From contig JAYTEY010000338.1 of NCBI GenBank assembly GCA_043734795.1, positions 1 through 25,416 of the forward strand: DNA of 25,416 nt, written 5' to 3'. The notes below the pieces were generated by a model. It had not been told where the DNA came from, did no database searches, and saw nothing but the letters and a program-made list of their open reading frames with translations. Within the stretch, counting starts at the first letter, position 1. Each line of letters begins with the position of its first letter. Source of the DNA: Abditibacteriaceae bacterium (GTDB lineage Bacteria > Armatimonadota > Abditibacteriia > Abditibacteriales > Abditibacteriaceae). Position numbers and translations under genes: made by a program. Positions 16,915-24,573 of this stretch are shown one piece after another.

Positions 16915-16921
16915 CTTTCGA

Positions 16922-19030
16922 TTAACGCCTTTGTGTGCTTTCGGTCGCCAATCGAGTACTCGATTCGGCTTCGACGGCACTGCGCGCGACCGGAGTTCCG
17001 AACAGGTTGCGGTTGCGTTCGCCTGTTCCGACAACGCTCCACATGAACAAGCGCGTCACGCTGATGGCCGAAAACAACGACAGCAAAACTCCCACGCCCA
17101 ACGTCAAGGCGAAACCTTTGACCGGCCCGGTTCCGAAGAAGAACAAGACTGTCGCAGCGATCAACGTCGTGACGTGCGAATCCAAAATCGCCGTCCAGGC
17201 GCGACTAAAAGCGGCGCGCAAAGCAGCCGTAAATGTCGGCTGAATCGCCATTTCTTCACGCAAGCGTTCAAAAACCAGGATGTTGGTGTCCAATGACATC
17301 GCAATCGCCAGGAGAAAACCGGCGATTCCCGGCAGTGTCAGCGTTCCGCCCAACAAGATGAAAACCGCGAGGTTGAGCAAACAGTAGATCACGAGCGCCA
17401 AGTCGGCCAAAAGTCCCGGCAAGCGATAAAAAACGATCATAAAGAGCGCGACAGCCACCAACCCGATGGCGCCCGCGCGCAAGCTTTTGCTCAGCGAATC
17501 CTGGCCCAAAGTCGCGGAAACCGTGCGGTTCTCTACGACATCGATCGGCGCTGGAAGCGCGCCGCTGTTCAAAAGCGAAGTCAGGGTTTGCGCTTCTTCG
17601 ATGGTTTTGAAGCCGCCCGAAATCTGGCCTTCGCCCGATGTAATGGCGCTGTTGACGCTGGGAGCCGTAATGCAGCGCTCGTCCAGAAAAACTGGAATGT
17701 AGCGGTTTTTGCCGGGGTCGGCTTCCGAGTTCGGGTTTTGCACACGGCGCGTCACATCCGCGAAACGCTGAACGCTGTCGCCCTGCAATTCAAAGGAAAC
17801 CGCGGGCTGGCCGTTTTGCTGAAAAACCGCTTTGGTGTTCGGCTTGACATCCTGGCCGGGAACGACCAATTCCGACAATTGGCGCGCGACATTGGTCGGC
17901 ACAGCCGTGGTTGGTTTGCCGCCTTCCAAACGATAAAAGACGACGTTTTCGGTTCCCGTTGTCGGGTCGCGCTGTGGAATAGGAAGCAAGTTGGCGGGCA
18001 GCAAACGGATTTCCATTTGCGCCGTCGTGCCGATCACTTCAACCGCTTTTTGCGGATCGTTGACGCCCGGCAATTGAACGATGATGCGGTCGGTTCCCTG
18101 CTTTTGAATCAAAGGCTCGGAAACGCCCAACTTGTCGACTCGCGAGCGCACGATTTCCACCGTTCTGTCCAAACGCTCGCTGCTTTGACTCGCGCCCATG
18201 CCATTTCCAGTACTCGATCCCGCATTTGGGTCATAAAATTTGGCTTCGCCGTTGGGCGAAAACTTGGCGCCGCTCACGGTTTGCAGCGCTGCCGCGATCG
18301 CGGTTTTCTGCGCGTTGAACTCGTTCAAATCTTTGGCTTGCGTGCGCACTTCCAAAGTGTCGCTGCTGCCGCTCGAAAAGTTGACATCGGCGCGATCCAA
18401 GCCCGCGCCGCCGTTCGCCAAAGCCGCCCGAACCTGCGCTAAAAAGGCGTCGCGCGCATCGGCGTCGGCCAGCTTACGGTCAAAGCGAAACGGGAAAAGC
18501 GCGCGGCGCACTTGCAGCACGAGGTTGACGCCGCCGCGCAAATCGAGTCCCAGCTTGACCGCCGTGTTGCGCTCATATGGAAAAATCGCGTAGTTGGCGG
18601 TCTGAAAAATTGGCGCCGGTTGAAAGGCATTGAAATCGACTTTTTGCGCCGTCGTCACGCCCGGCAAGGTTTTGCTGACGACAGCCGCAATGCGCGCCGC
18701 GCGATTTTGCCCTTCCTGGCGTGTCGTGGCCTTGTCGGAAACCGTCGCGGTTTTGGAATTGGCGTCGTAGGTCAAGCTCGAAAGCGGGACGTGATCGCGC
18801 CCGGACGGAAACTCCTTGATGAACGCGTCGTCGACCAGGTTGGCGGCGGTTTTTGCGGTTTGTCCTTTGGCGGGTTTGGGCGCCAATTGGTCGAATGGCT
18901 TGGCCGAAGCGAAGGTGAGCGTGTAGTTTTGCGATTGCGGCGGCGCGCCAATCGGGTAAAAAATGACGCCCAGACACGCGAGAACGAGGAGCGCAAGCCC
19001 CAGATATTGAACCGGACGGCGACGTAACAT
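16922..19030 (-). CDS. secD: Protein translocase subunit SecD (702 aa)
   Basis: KLGLDLRGG, RVDKLGVSEP.IQ.QG..RI.VQLPGV, AP.V...I..G.GQISG, LNSGALP, TVSATLG, TLTLPGIAG, DTNILVFER.REE, AILDSHVTT, GTGPVKGFA.TL; GAGG RBS. Confidence 0.96.
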   Translation of the reverse strand: MLRRRPVQYLGLALLVLACLGVIFYPIGAPPQSQNYTLTFASAKPFDQLAPKPAKGQTAKTAANLVDDAFIKEFPSGRDHVPLSSLTYDANSKTATVSDKATTRQEGQNRAARIAAVVSKTLPGVTTAQKVDFNAFQPAPIFQTANYAIFPYERNTAVKLGLDLRGGVNLVLQVRRALFPFRFDRKLADADARDAFLAQVRAALANGGAGLDRADVNFSSGSSDTLEVRTQAKDLNEFNAQKTAIAAALQTVSGAKFSPNGEAKFYDPNAGSSTGNGMGASQSSERLDRTVEIVRSRVDKLGVSEPLIQKQGTDRIIVQLPGVNDPQKAVEVIGTTAQMEIRLLPANLLPIPQRDPTTGTENVVFYRLEGGKPTTAVPTNVARQLSELVVPGQDVKPNTKAVFQQNGQPAVSFELQGDSVQRFADVTRRVQNPNSEADPGKNRYIPVFLDERCITAPSVNSAITSGEGQISGGFKTIEEAQTLTSLLNSGALPAPIDVVENRTVSATLGQDSLSKSLRAGAIGLVAVALFMIVFYRLPGLLADLALVIYCLLNLAVFILLGGTLTLPGIAGFLLAIAMSLDTNILVFERLREEMAIQPTFTAALRAAFSRAWTAILDSHVTTLIAATVLFFFGTGPVKGFALTLGVGVLLSLFSAISVTRLFMWSVVGTGERNRNLFGTPVARSAVEAESSTRLATESTQRR
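16951..16964. repeat. Iterated palindrome (exact)
   Basis: In the last codons of secD, read as SSTR. Confidence 0.95.
18205..18218. repeat. Iterated palindrome (2 mismatches, TTCCAGTACTCGAT)
   Basis: In a SecD Gly/Ser linker (AGSSTGNG). Confidence 0.7.
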
Positions 19031-19061
19031 TGAAAAACCTCTTGGGAAATCAGACTTTCAA

Positions 19062-19090
19062 ATTATAACGCCGCGCGGCGCGACGCACAA
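19062..19090 (-). promoter_or_regulatory. Sigma70-type promoter for secDF
   Basis: TTGTGC-N17-TATAAT on the minus strand. Confidence 0.7.
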
Positions 19091-19094
19091 CGAA

Positions 19095-19108
19095 ATCGAG
19101 TACTCGAT
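19095..19108. repeat. Iterated palindrome (exact)
   Basis: Between the divergent secD and tRNA-Val promoters. Confidence 0.95.
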
Positions 19109-19132
19109 GCGCGTCTTTCGCTCGATTCGGCC

Positions 19133-19161
19133 TTGAAGAACGCGTTTTGCCGCGTTATAAT
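19133..19161 (+). promoter_or_regulatory. Sigma70-type promoter for tRNA-Val
   Basis: TTGAAG-N17-TATAAT. Confidence 0.75.
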
Positions 19162-19180
19162 AATCGACGCAACGTTTCGC

Positions 19181-19252
19181 GGGCGATTAACTCAGTGGTA
19201 GAGTGCCACCTTCACACGGTGGAAGTCGCTGGTTCGAACCCAGCATCGCCCA
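19181..19252 (+). tRNA. tRNA-Val(CAC), CCA not encoded
   Basis: GGGCGAT/ATCGCCC acceptor stem, CCACC-TTCACAC-GGTGG anticodon arm, GGTTCGAACCC T-arm, discriminator A. Confidence 0.96.
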
Positions 19253-19339
19253 TCTCAAAGACAAATTTGGCCCAAAAAATTCTCGCAGAAATTGAACACG
19301 TTGTAACGTGTTATTCCAAAAGAAAGCCGGTTCTTCCAA

Positions 19340-19353
19340 ATCGAGTACTCGAT
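19340..19353. repeat. Iterated palindrome (exact)
   Basis: Intergenic; 16-bp form. Confidence 0.95.
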
Positions 19354-19396
19354 TATGTGCGAAGGATCGGCTTTTGTTATTCCCAAGGATTTTTTA

Positions 19397-20185
19397 ATGA
19401 TTCGATTGCGCATTATGTATGTTGTGCTGACTTTGGGATTGCTGGTTTTGGGCGCGTCGGGGCTTTTCACCGGCTTGCGTTATCGCGCTGTACAAAGCAT
19501 GTCCTACGCGAATTTCGCTCAGCAAAAACCCGCTGGTTGGTACCAAATCACTGGCGCTGGTTACGATTTGGCCGAAGGCTCGGTTTACATGAAGAACAAG
19601 CGCGTCGAGTCGCTTTATGTGCCCTTGCGCGGCGCCGACGAATTGGGACGGGGAGAAGACCGCTTGCCGATCCACGCATTTCTGGTCATTCGCCCCGAAC
19701 GCAGCAAGGCCATCGTGGATTTATATGAACAGCTGGGTCAGCTTTCCAAAGGCAACGACACCAAGCAGATTTTGAGTTTTTTGCAGACCTACAAAAACCG
19801 AGTTCTCGTCAAAAGCGCTTTTTTCGGCATGACTTCGCAAAGCCTGGAAATGGGCAGCGAGATCGCCGAAACCACCAAACTGCGCGGCGAGTATCCGCTT
19901 ATGACGGCCGATGTCGCATTTTTTGAACTCGACAAAACGCCGACTTTGGCCGGCCCGGCCGCAATGCTGCTGAGCGGTTTGTTTTTAAGCTGGCTGGGGA
20001 TTCGTTCGGTGCGCTCTGACCGCCAAAAGAAAGCGCGAGCCGCCGCTCCAAATTCCACTGCGCCCGGCAGTTTCGGCGATTCGGGAGCGTCGCAAAACAC
20101 GACGGCGCAGACGCCGCTCATTTCTTCGCCGACTGCGTCTTTGCCGAAAAAGTCGCCGCCCGACAATTCCAATCCGTGGAGTTGA
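19397..20185 (+). CDS. Hypothetical membrane protein with two TM segments and a Ser/Pro/Thr-rich tail (262 aa)
   Basis: AAGGA RBS before ATG 19397; hydrophobic stretches VVLTLGLLVLGASGLF and AAMLLSGLFLSWLGI. No family recognised. Confidence 0.7.
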   Translation: MIRLRIMYVVLTLGLLVLGASGLFTGLRYRAVQSMSYANFAQQKPAGWYQITGAGYDLAEGSVYMKNKRVESLYVPLRGADELGRGEDRLPIHAFLVIRPERSKAIVDLYEQLGQLSKGNDTKQILSFLQTYKNRVLVKSAFFGMTSQSLEMGSEIAETTKLRGEYPLMTADVAFFELDKTPTLAGPAAMLLSGLFLSWLGIRSVRSDRQKKARAAAPNSTAPGSFGDSGASQNTTAQTPLISSPTASLPKKSPPDNSNPWS

Positions 20186-20397
20186 AGCTCGGCTTTTGGA
20201 AACATGAAAGACGCTTTGCCGACATTGCAGAACGCTCTTTCACTTCCGTCCTATGTAGTCGCAGCTAAATTCCAGCGATAAACGCTTCCCTTGTGCGCGC
20301 GAATCTGGCATAATGGAGATGCTTACATGGGTTTTGTGTCCCGCGCGTGGCGAGTTCGGCAGGCGAAAACGCAAAAGTTTCCTGAGGTGAAAGAACT

Positions 20398-21267
20398 ATA
20401 GGACTTCGTCCGAGACAACCATTCCGCGATCCGCGCCGCGATCAGACGCTGATCAACGACCGCATTCGCTTTCCGCAAATTCGCGTCATCGATGAAAAAA
20501 ACGGGCAGTTGGGCGTGATGCAAACGCGCGACGCCCTTGAACTCGCGCGCGACCGCGACCTCGATCTCATCGTCGTCGCGCCGCAAGCGCAGCCGCCGGT
20601 CTGTCGCATCATGGACTACGGCAAGTTCAAATACGAAAAAAGCAAGCGCGATAAAGACGCGCACAAGAAAAGCGCATCCAGCGAAATGAAGATGGTGCGT
20701 CTGCATCCGCAAACAAGCGAGCACGACCGCCAGGTTTTGGTGCGTCACAGCGAGCGATTTTTGCGCAGCGGTCACAAAGTGCGCGTGATTTGTCGCTTCA
20801 AAGGCCGCGAAAACGCGCATCCCGAAATCGGTCGTGCGCAGTTGCAAGCCGTTTCCGACGCGCTAACCGAGTTCTGCACGGTCGAAGGCCTGATCGCTAA
20901 ACAGGGCCGCGACATGACGATGAACCTGACGCCGCGTCCGGGCGTGAAGCCAATCGTCAAGGAAATCAAGGTCGGCAAGAAAGGCCGCGCGTCCGACGAA
21001 GCCGCTGCTGCTGAAGCTGCTGAAGACGCCGAGTTCGCGCGCTTGCAGCAGCAAGTCATCGACGAAGTTGGCGGCGACGAAGCTGCCGCTGCCGAGGCTG
21101 CCTCAGGCGAAGTCGCAGAAACCAGCGATAACGAACTGATCAACGCCGCCGTCGCCGAAGCGATTGCTGCCGGAGAAAGTTCAAGAATCGAAGGCGCCGT
21201 TTCGGATGAAGTTGTGGCCGAATCGTCGGAAAGCAGCACGACGACGCCAGTCGCAGAATCGAGTTGA
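20398..21267 (+). CDS. infC: Translation initiation factor IF-3 with non-canonical ATA start and a ~110-aa acidic tail (289 aa)
   Basis: INDRIRFPQIRVID...GQLGVM...DLDLIVVAP...PPVCRIMDYGKFKYE...GHKVRV...FKGRE. GAGGTGA Shine-Dalgarno 7 nt before ATA 20398; in-frame TGA at 20383. Confidence 0.93.
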   Translation: MGLRPRQPFRDPRRDQTLINDRIRFPQIRVIDEKNGQLGVMQTRDALELARDRDLDLIVVAPQAQPPVCRIMDYGKFKYEKSKRDKDAHKKSASSEMKMVRLHPQTSEHDRQVLVRHSERFLRSGHKVRVICRFKGRENAHPEIGRAQLQAVSDALTEFCTVEGLIAKQGRDMTMNLTPRPGVKPIVKEIKVGKKGRASDEAAAAEAAEDAEFARLQQQVIDEVGGDEAAAAEAASGEVAETSDNELINAAVAEAIAAGESSRIEGAVSDEVVAESSESSTTTPVAESS

Positions 21268-21305
21268 GTCGTTGTAAGGCCATGGCTTGCCATGCCCGCG
21301 ACGCC

Positions 21306-21334
21306 TTGTTCTATGCGAAACGCGTTAATATCTT
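21306..21334 (+). promoter_or_regulatory. Possible promoter for rpmI-rplT
   Basis: TTGTTC-N17-TATCTT, a weak match. Confidence 0.3.
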
Positions 21335-21385
21335 AGCGGACATTTGCACATGGCGGACATGGCAAGCGATGTCCCTACAATGGCA

Positions 21386-21399
21386 ATCGAGTACTCGAT
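21386..21399. repeat. Iterated palindrome (exact)
   Basis: In the infC-rpmI gap. Confidence 0.95.
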
Positions 21400-21489
21400 A
21401 ACCCAAAAACGGAAACCGCGTAAACCGTTGAACCAAAGGTTACACCTCAAGTTCAAACTCAGGCGCGGAACCGAAGGAGAAGTGAAGAG

Positions 21490-21693
21490 ATGAGCAAAGT
21501 CAAGACACGCAAAGCCGCCGCGAAACGCATGACGTTCACGGGAACCGGCAAAATCAAGCGCCGCCGCGCCGGGTTGACGCACTTGCAGAGCAAGCGCAGC
21601 AGCCGCACGCAAAGTCGCAACAACAACGGCGCGCAAAACGTTTCCAAAGCCGACTACAAAGAGGCGCGCGGAATGTTGCCGAACTCGCAATAA
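21490..21693 (+). CDS. rpmI: 50S ribosomal protein L35
   Basis: MSKVKTRKAAAKRMTFTGTGKIKR..AG..H; canonical position between infC and rplT. Confidence 0.95.
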   Translation: MSKVKTRKAAAKRMTFTGTGKIKRRRAGLTHLQSKRSSRTQSRNNNGAQNVSKADYKEARGMLPNSQ

Positions 21694-21702
21694 TCAGTGA
21701 GG

Positions 21703-21755
21703 AGTGTTCGGTGGTCAGAAAAGTTTGAAACCGACCACCGAACACTGAAAACCGA
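21703..21755. repeat. 14-bp stem hairpin in the rpmI-rplT gap; one arm repeated upstream of secA
   Basis: AGTGTTCGGTGGTC (21703-21716) / GACCACCGAACACT (21733-21746); reverse complement of 21733-21755 matches 3354-3376 at 21/23. Confidence 0.7.
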
Positions 21756-21826
21756 TCACCGACTCAGACGCCTGACAGGTTGAAGCGACACGATGTCCAC
21801 TTGATTCAGCAAGGAAAAACAGAAAC

Positions 21827-22225
21827 ATGGCAAGAGTTAAAAGAGGTGTGACGGCTTCGGCCAAACACAAGAAAATCCGCGATTTGGCCAAAGGCTATTA
21901 CGGCGCCAAGCATCGCTGGTTTCGTACGGCCAATGAAGCGGTCATGCACGCTGGAATGTATGCCTACCGCGACCGCCGCAACAAAAAGCGCGAGTTTCGC
22001 AAGCTGTGGATCACGCGCATCAACGCCGCAGCTCGCGAAAACGGTTTGTCCTATTCGCAGTTCATCAACGGTTTACTGCGCGCGAACGTCGAAATCGACC
22101 GCAAGATGCTTTCCGAATTGGCGATTTCCAACCCCGGCGCGTTCACGCAAATCGTGCAAATCTCGAAAAACGCGCTGCTCGAAGCCGCGCCCGCCAGCGA
22201 AAACTCGGCTCCGCGCACCGTTTAA
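21827..22225 (+). CDS. rplT: 50S ribosomal protein L20
   Basis: MARVKRG...AKGYYG...[24 protein letters not shown]...YSQFINGL...[10 protein letters not shown]. Confidence 0.98.
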   Translation: MARVKRGVTASAKHKKIRDLAKGYYGAKHRWFRTANEAVMHAGMYAYRDRRNKKREFRKLWITRINAAARENGLSYSQFINGLLRANVEIDRKMLSELAISNPGAFTQIVQISKNALLEAAPASENSAPRTV

Positions 22226-22232
22226 TGCGCAC

Positions 22233-22246
22233 ATCGAGTACTCGAT
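22233..22246. repeat. Iterated palindrome (exact)
   Basis: Begins 7 bp after the rplT stop. Confidence 0.95.
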
Positions 22247-22301
22247 TATGAAAACAAAGCCGTCGCTTGATCCAAAGCGACGGCTTTGCTGTTTTTGCGC
22301 G

Positions 22302-24326
22302 ATGAAATTTTTCCAGGCACATCGTGACTTTCAATATATCGTTCTGAGCAAAGCGAAGAATCTCATTGGAGTGAGATTCTTCGCTTTGCTCAGAACGACA
22401 AACCCGCGGCTGCGGCTCGTCGCTCTTTTTGCAATCAGCCTCATAATCTCTGGCTGCAACGACAAAAACCCAGCGCCGCAATCATCGCAAAAAGCTCAAA
22501 ACGGCGCTTTTCAAACTCTCGATCCGTGGATTTTGACGACGAAAATCCCCGACGCGCCGCGCGGAAATCGCGGTATTTTTCTGGGAAACGGGTTTTTGGG
22601 CGCGGGTTTCGGCGCCAATGGCGGAAGCGACGAGACCACGAAATGTTTCGCCGCCGGCGTTTACAACAACGAACATCTGGCCGAACTGCCGCAATGGAAC
22701 AAACTCGATTTGCCGCCTGGAAACCGCAATTATCAACAATCGCTCGACCTTGAAAAGGGCATTTTGACGACGCTATTTGGCGCGATTTCAGTCACGAGTT
22801 TTGTTTCGTTGCCCGTTCGCAACCTGGCGATTCTTCATGTCGAAGGCGCGGCTTTGCCGGAAAAACTGCCGCGATTTCCCGTTTCCGGCGATTGGATTTC
22901 GTCGCAAAAAGTCGTTTCCTCGCATGAAGCGATTTGGAAATTGCAATCGAGCGATGGCAAAACCGATTTGCAAATGCGCATCTGCGAAGTCGCCGATTCG
23001 CCGCGAAGCTGGACGCGGCTGGTGCAAATCGACACCGCACATCGAGTACTCGATTCCGCTTTGCCAACATATCGAACGCTTCTCGCACAACACCAAAACG
23101 CCTGGAAAAATCGCTGGCGCGCCGATATTCAAATCGACGGCGATTCTCAAACGCAGCAATTGGTCCACGCGCTGATGTTCAATTTGCTGTCGTGCGTGCG
23201 CGAAAGTTCGTCCACTTCGATTCCGCCCGAAGCCCTCGTCGGCGATCATTATCGCGGCCACATTTTCTGGGACGCCGAAATCTGGATGTTTCCCGCGCTG
23301 CTGGTGCAATATCCGAAATTGGCGAAAACGATTCTCGATTATCGCTGGAAGCACCTGAAAGCGGCGCGCCAAAACGCCACAAAGCAAGGCTTCAAAGGCG
23401 CCGATTTTCCGTGGGAAAGCGCGGCATCGGGAAACGAAGTCGCGCCGCCCGAATTTGCGCGCGAGCGACATATCACGGCTGATGTCGGCTGGGCGTTCTG
23501 GCAGTTTTGGCTGTGGACGGGCGATAAAAAATGGCTTCAATCGCGCGGACAAACGGTCATTTCCGATGTCGCCGACTTTTGGGCAAGCCGCGCGAAATGG
23601 AACGCGAAAACCGGAAAATACGACATTCTTCAGGTTTTAGGGCCGGACGAAAACGGCGGAATCGTCGACAACAATCTGTTCACAAACGCGATGGCGAAAA
23701 GTTGTCTGGAAAACGCGATTTCCGCCAATCGAGTACTCGATATTCGTCCGAATCCGCAATGGAAAATCGTCGCGCAAAAATTGAGTTTGCCATTCGATTC
23801 ACGACGAAAAATTTTCCTGAAAAACGACCGTGACAGCGCGCAAGGCACCAAACAAGCCGACGCCGAACTGGCGATTTATCCCGCTCATTTGCCGATGTCG
23901 CGCGACGTGATGCAGCGCACTTTCGATTTTCACCGCGCGCGCCCGACGCGTTTCGGCCCCGCCATGACGACTTCGATCCATACGATTATCGCCGCGCGAT
24001 TGGGCAGAAACGAGCAAGCAGAAACCTTTTTCCGCGAATCGTATCGGCCTTTTGTGCGCGGGCCGTTTCTGCTATTTTCCGAAAAACGCAGTTTGGACAG
24101 AAGCGTTTTCGCAACCGGAATCGGCGGCGTTTTGCAAAGCGTTTTCTCTGGTTTTGGCGATTTGCGAAGCGAAGATTTCAGCGCGAAAACGCCGCGACGA
24201 AAAATCGTTTTGCCCCGAAGCTGGAAGCGTTTGACGATTTCGGGAATTCGGTTTCAAGGCAAAAATTACACTTTGAAAGTGACTCCGAATTCGCGCGTTC
24301 TAAAACAGAACCCGGAACTTCAGTGA
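22302..24326 (+). CDS. Glycoside hydrolase family 65-like lipoprotein (acid trehalase / PGGHG-like)
   Basis: GHIFWDAEIWMFP, FPWES, HITADV, VLGPDE, NNLFTN, KQADA, GPAMT, FATGIGGVLQ; lipobox ISG-C (Cys codon 22455). Start uncertain: ATG 22248, ATG 22302 or GTG 22371. Confidence 0.88.
   Translation: MKFFQAHRDFQYIVLSKAKNLIGVRFFALLRTTNPRLRLVALFAISLIISGCNDKNPAPQSSQKAQNGAFQTLDPWILTTKIPDAPRGNRGIFLGNGFLGAGFGANGGSDETTKCFAAGVYNNEHLAELPQWNKLDLPPGNRNYQQSLDLEKGILTTLFGAISVTSFVSLPVRNLAILHVEGAALPEKLPRFPVSGDWISSQKVVSSHEAIWKLQSSDGKTDLQMRICEVADSPRSWTRLVQIDTAHRVLDSALPTYRTLLAQHQNAWKNRWRADIQIDGDSQTQQLVHALMFNLLSCVRESSSTSIPPEALVGDHYRGHIFWDAEIWMFPALLVQYPKLAKTILDYRWKHLKAARQNATKQGFKGADFPWESAASGNEVAPPEFARERHITADVGWAFWQFWLWTGDKKWLQSRGQTVISDVADFWASRAKWNAKTGKYDILQVLGPDENGGIVDNNLFTNAMAKSCLENAISANRVLDIRPNPQWKIVAQKLSLPFDSRRKIFLKNDRDSAQGTKQADAELAIYPAHLPMSRDVMQRTFDFHRARPTRFGPAMTTSIHTIIAARLGRNEQAETFFRESYRPFVRGPFLLFSEKRSLDRSVFATGIGGVLQSVFSGFGDLRSEDFSAKTPRRKIVLPRSWKRLTISGIRFQGKNYTLKVTPNSRVLKQNPELQ
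22339..22398. repeat. REP-like inverted-repeat dimer overlapping the GH65 5' coding region
   Basis: Perfect 27-bp arms TCGTTCTGAGCAAAGCGAAGAATCTCA around a 6-nt loop; stop-free in the GH65 frame. Confidence 0.9.
23041..23054. repeat. Iterated palindrome (exact)
   Basis: In the GH65 CDS, read as RVLD. Confidence 0.95.
23728..23741. repeat. Iterated palindrome (exact)
   Basis: In the GH65 CDS, read as RVLD. Confidence 0.95.
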
Positions 24327-24393
24327 CGGGCCTGACATAAGAGGAGCATCGCATCGTTACGCCAAGCTCGTCACCGACGTTCCGGGCTCTGTT
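24304..24393 (-). other. Long imperfect hairpin, candidate structured RNA on the minus strand
   Basis: 37-position stem with 30 Watson-Crick pairs, 5 G-U pairs (minus strand only) and 2 mismatches; 16-nt loop. Confidence 0.45.
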
Positions 24394-24439
24394 CGAGTGT
24401 TTAACCCAAGTTGCCACCCTCAGGATTGCATGATGTAGA

Positions 24440-24523
24440 AGTGTGTCATTCCGAGCGTAGCCGAGGAATCTTTGAACGTTTCAGCGACCTAAGATTCCTC
24501 GGCTACGCTCGGAATGACACACT
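24440..24523. repeat. REP-like inverted-repeat dimer (variant)
   Basis: Perfect 33-bp arms AGTGTGTCATTCCGAGCGTAGCCGAGGAATCTT around an 18-nt loop. Confidence 0.9.
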
Positions 24524-24573
24524 GTTATGATAATTCTTCAAGCAGAAACGATTCATGGCAATTTGGGTTATTT

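Noticed and set aside
16849-16921. secD-secF fusion or read-through
   Set aside because: Clear TAA stop at 16922-16924, a 73-bp gap with its own hairpin, and a separate ATG for secF.
19801-19810. Weak palindrome-like sites (ACCGAGTTCTCGTC near 19797, ATCGAGTGCTG near 6558, GACGAGTATTGG near 9713)
   Set aside because: Three or more mismatches; not distinguishable from chance, so they were excluded from the counts.
21694-21826. L20 autoregulatory leader or pseudoknot
   Set aside because: Only a simple hairpin that is repeated elsewhere; no recognisable mimic of the 23S rRNA L20-binding site.
21933-22247. N-terminal extension of GH65 given in the ORF track
   Set aside because: Overlaps rplT in another frame; not credible.
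24305-24323. ACAGAACCCGGAACTTCAG resembling the RNase P RNA 3' end
   Set aside because: No upstream GAGGAAAGTCC or other RNase P core; the segment is GH65 coding sequence and one arm of the hairpin.
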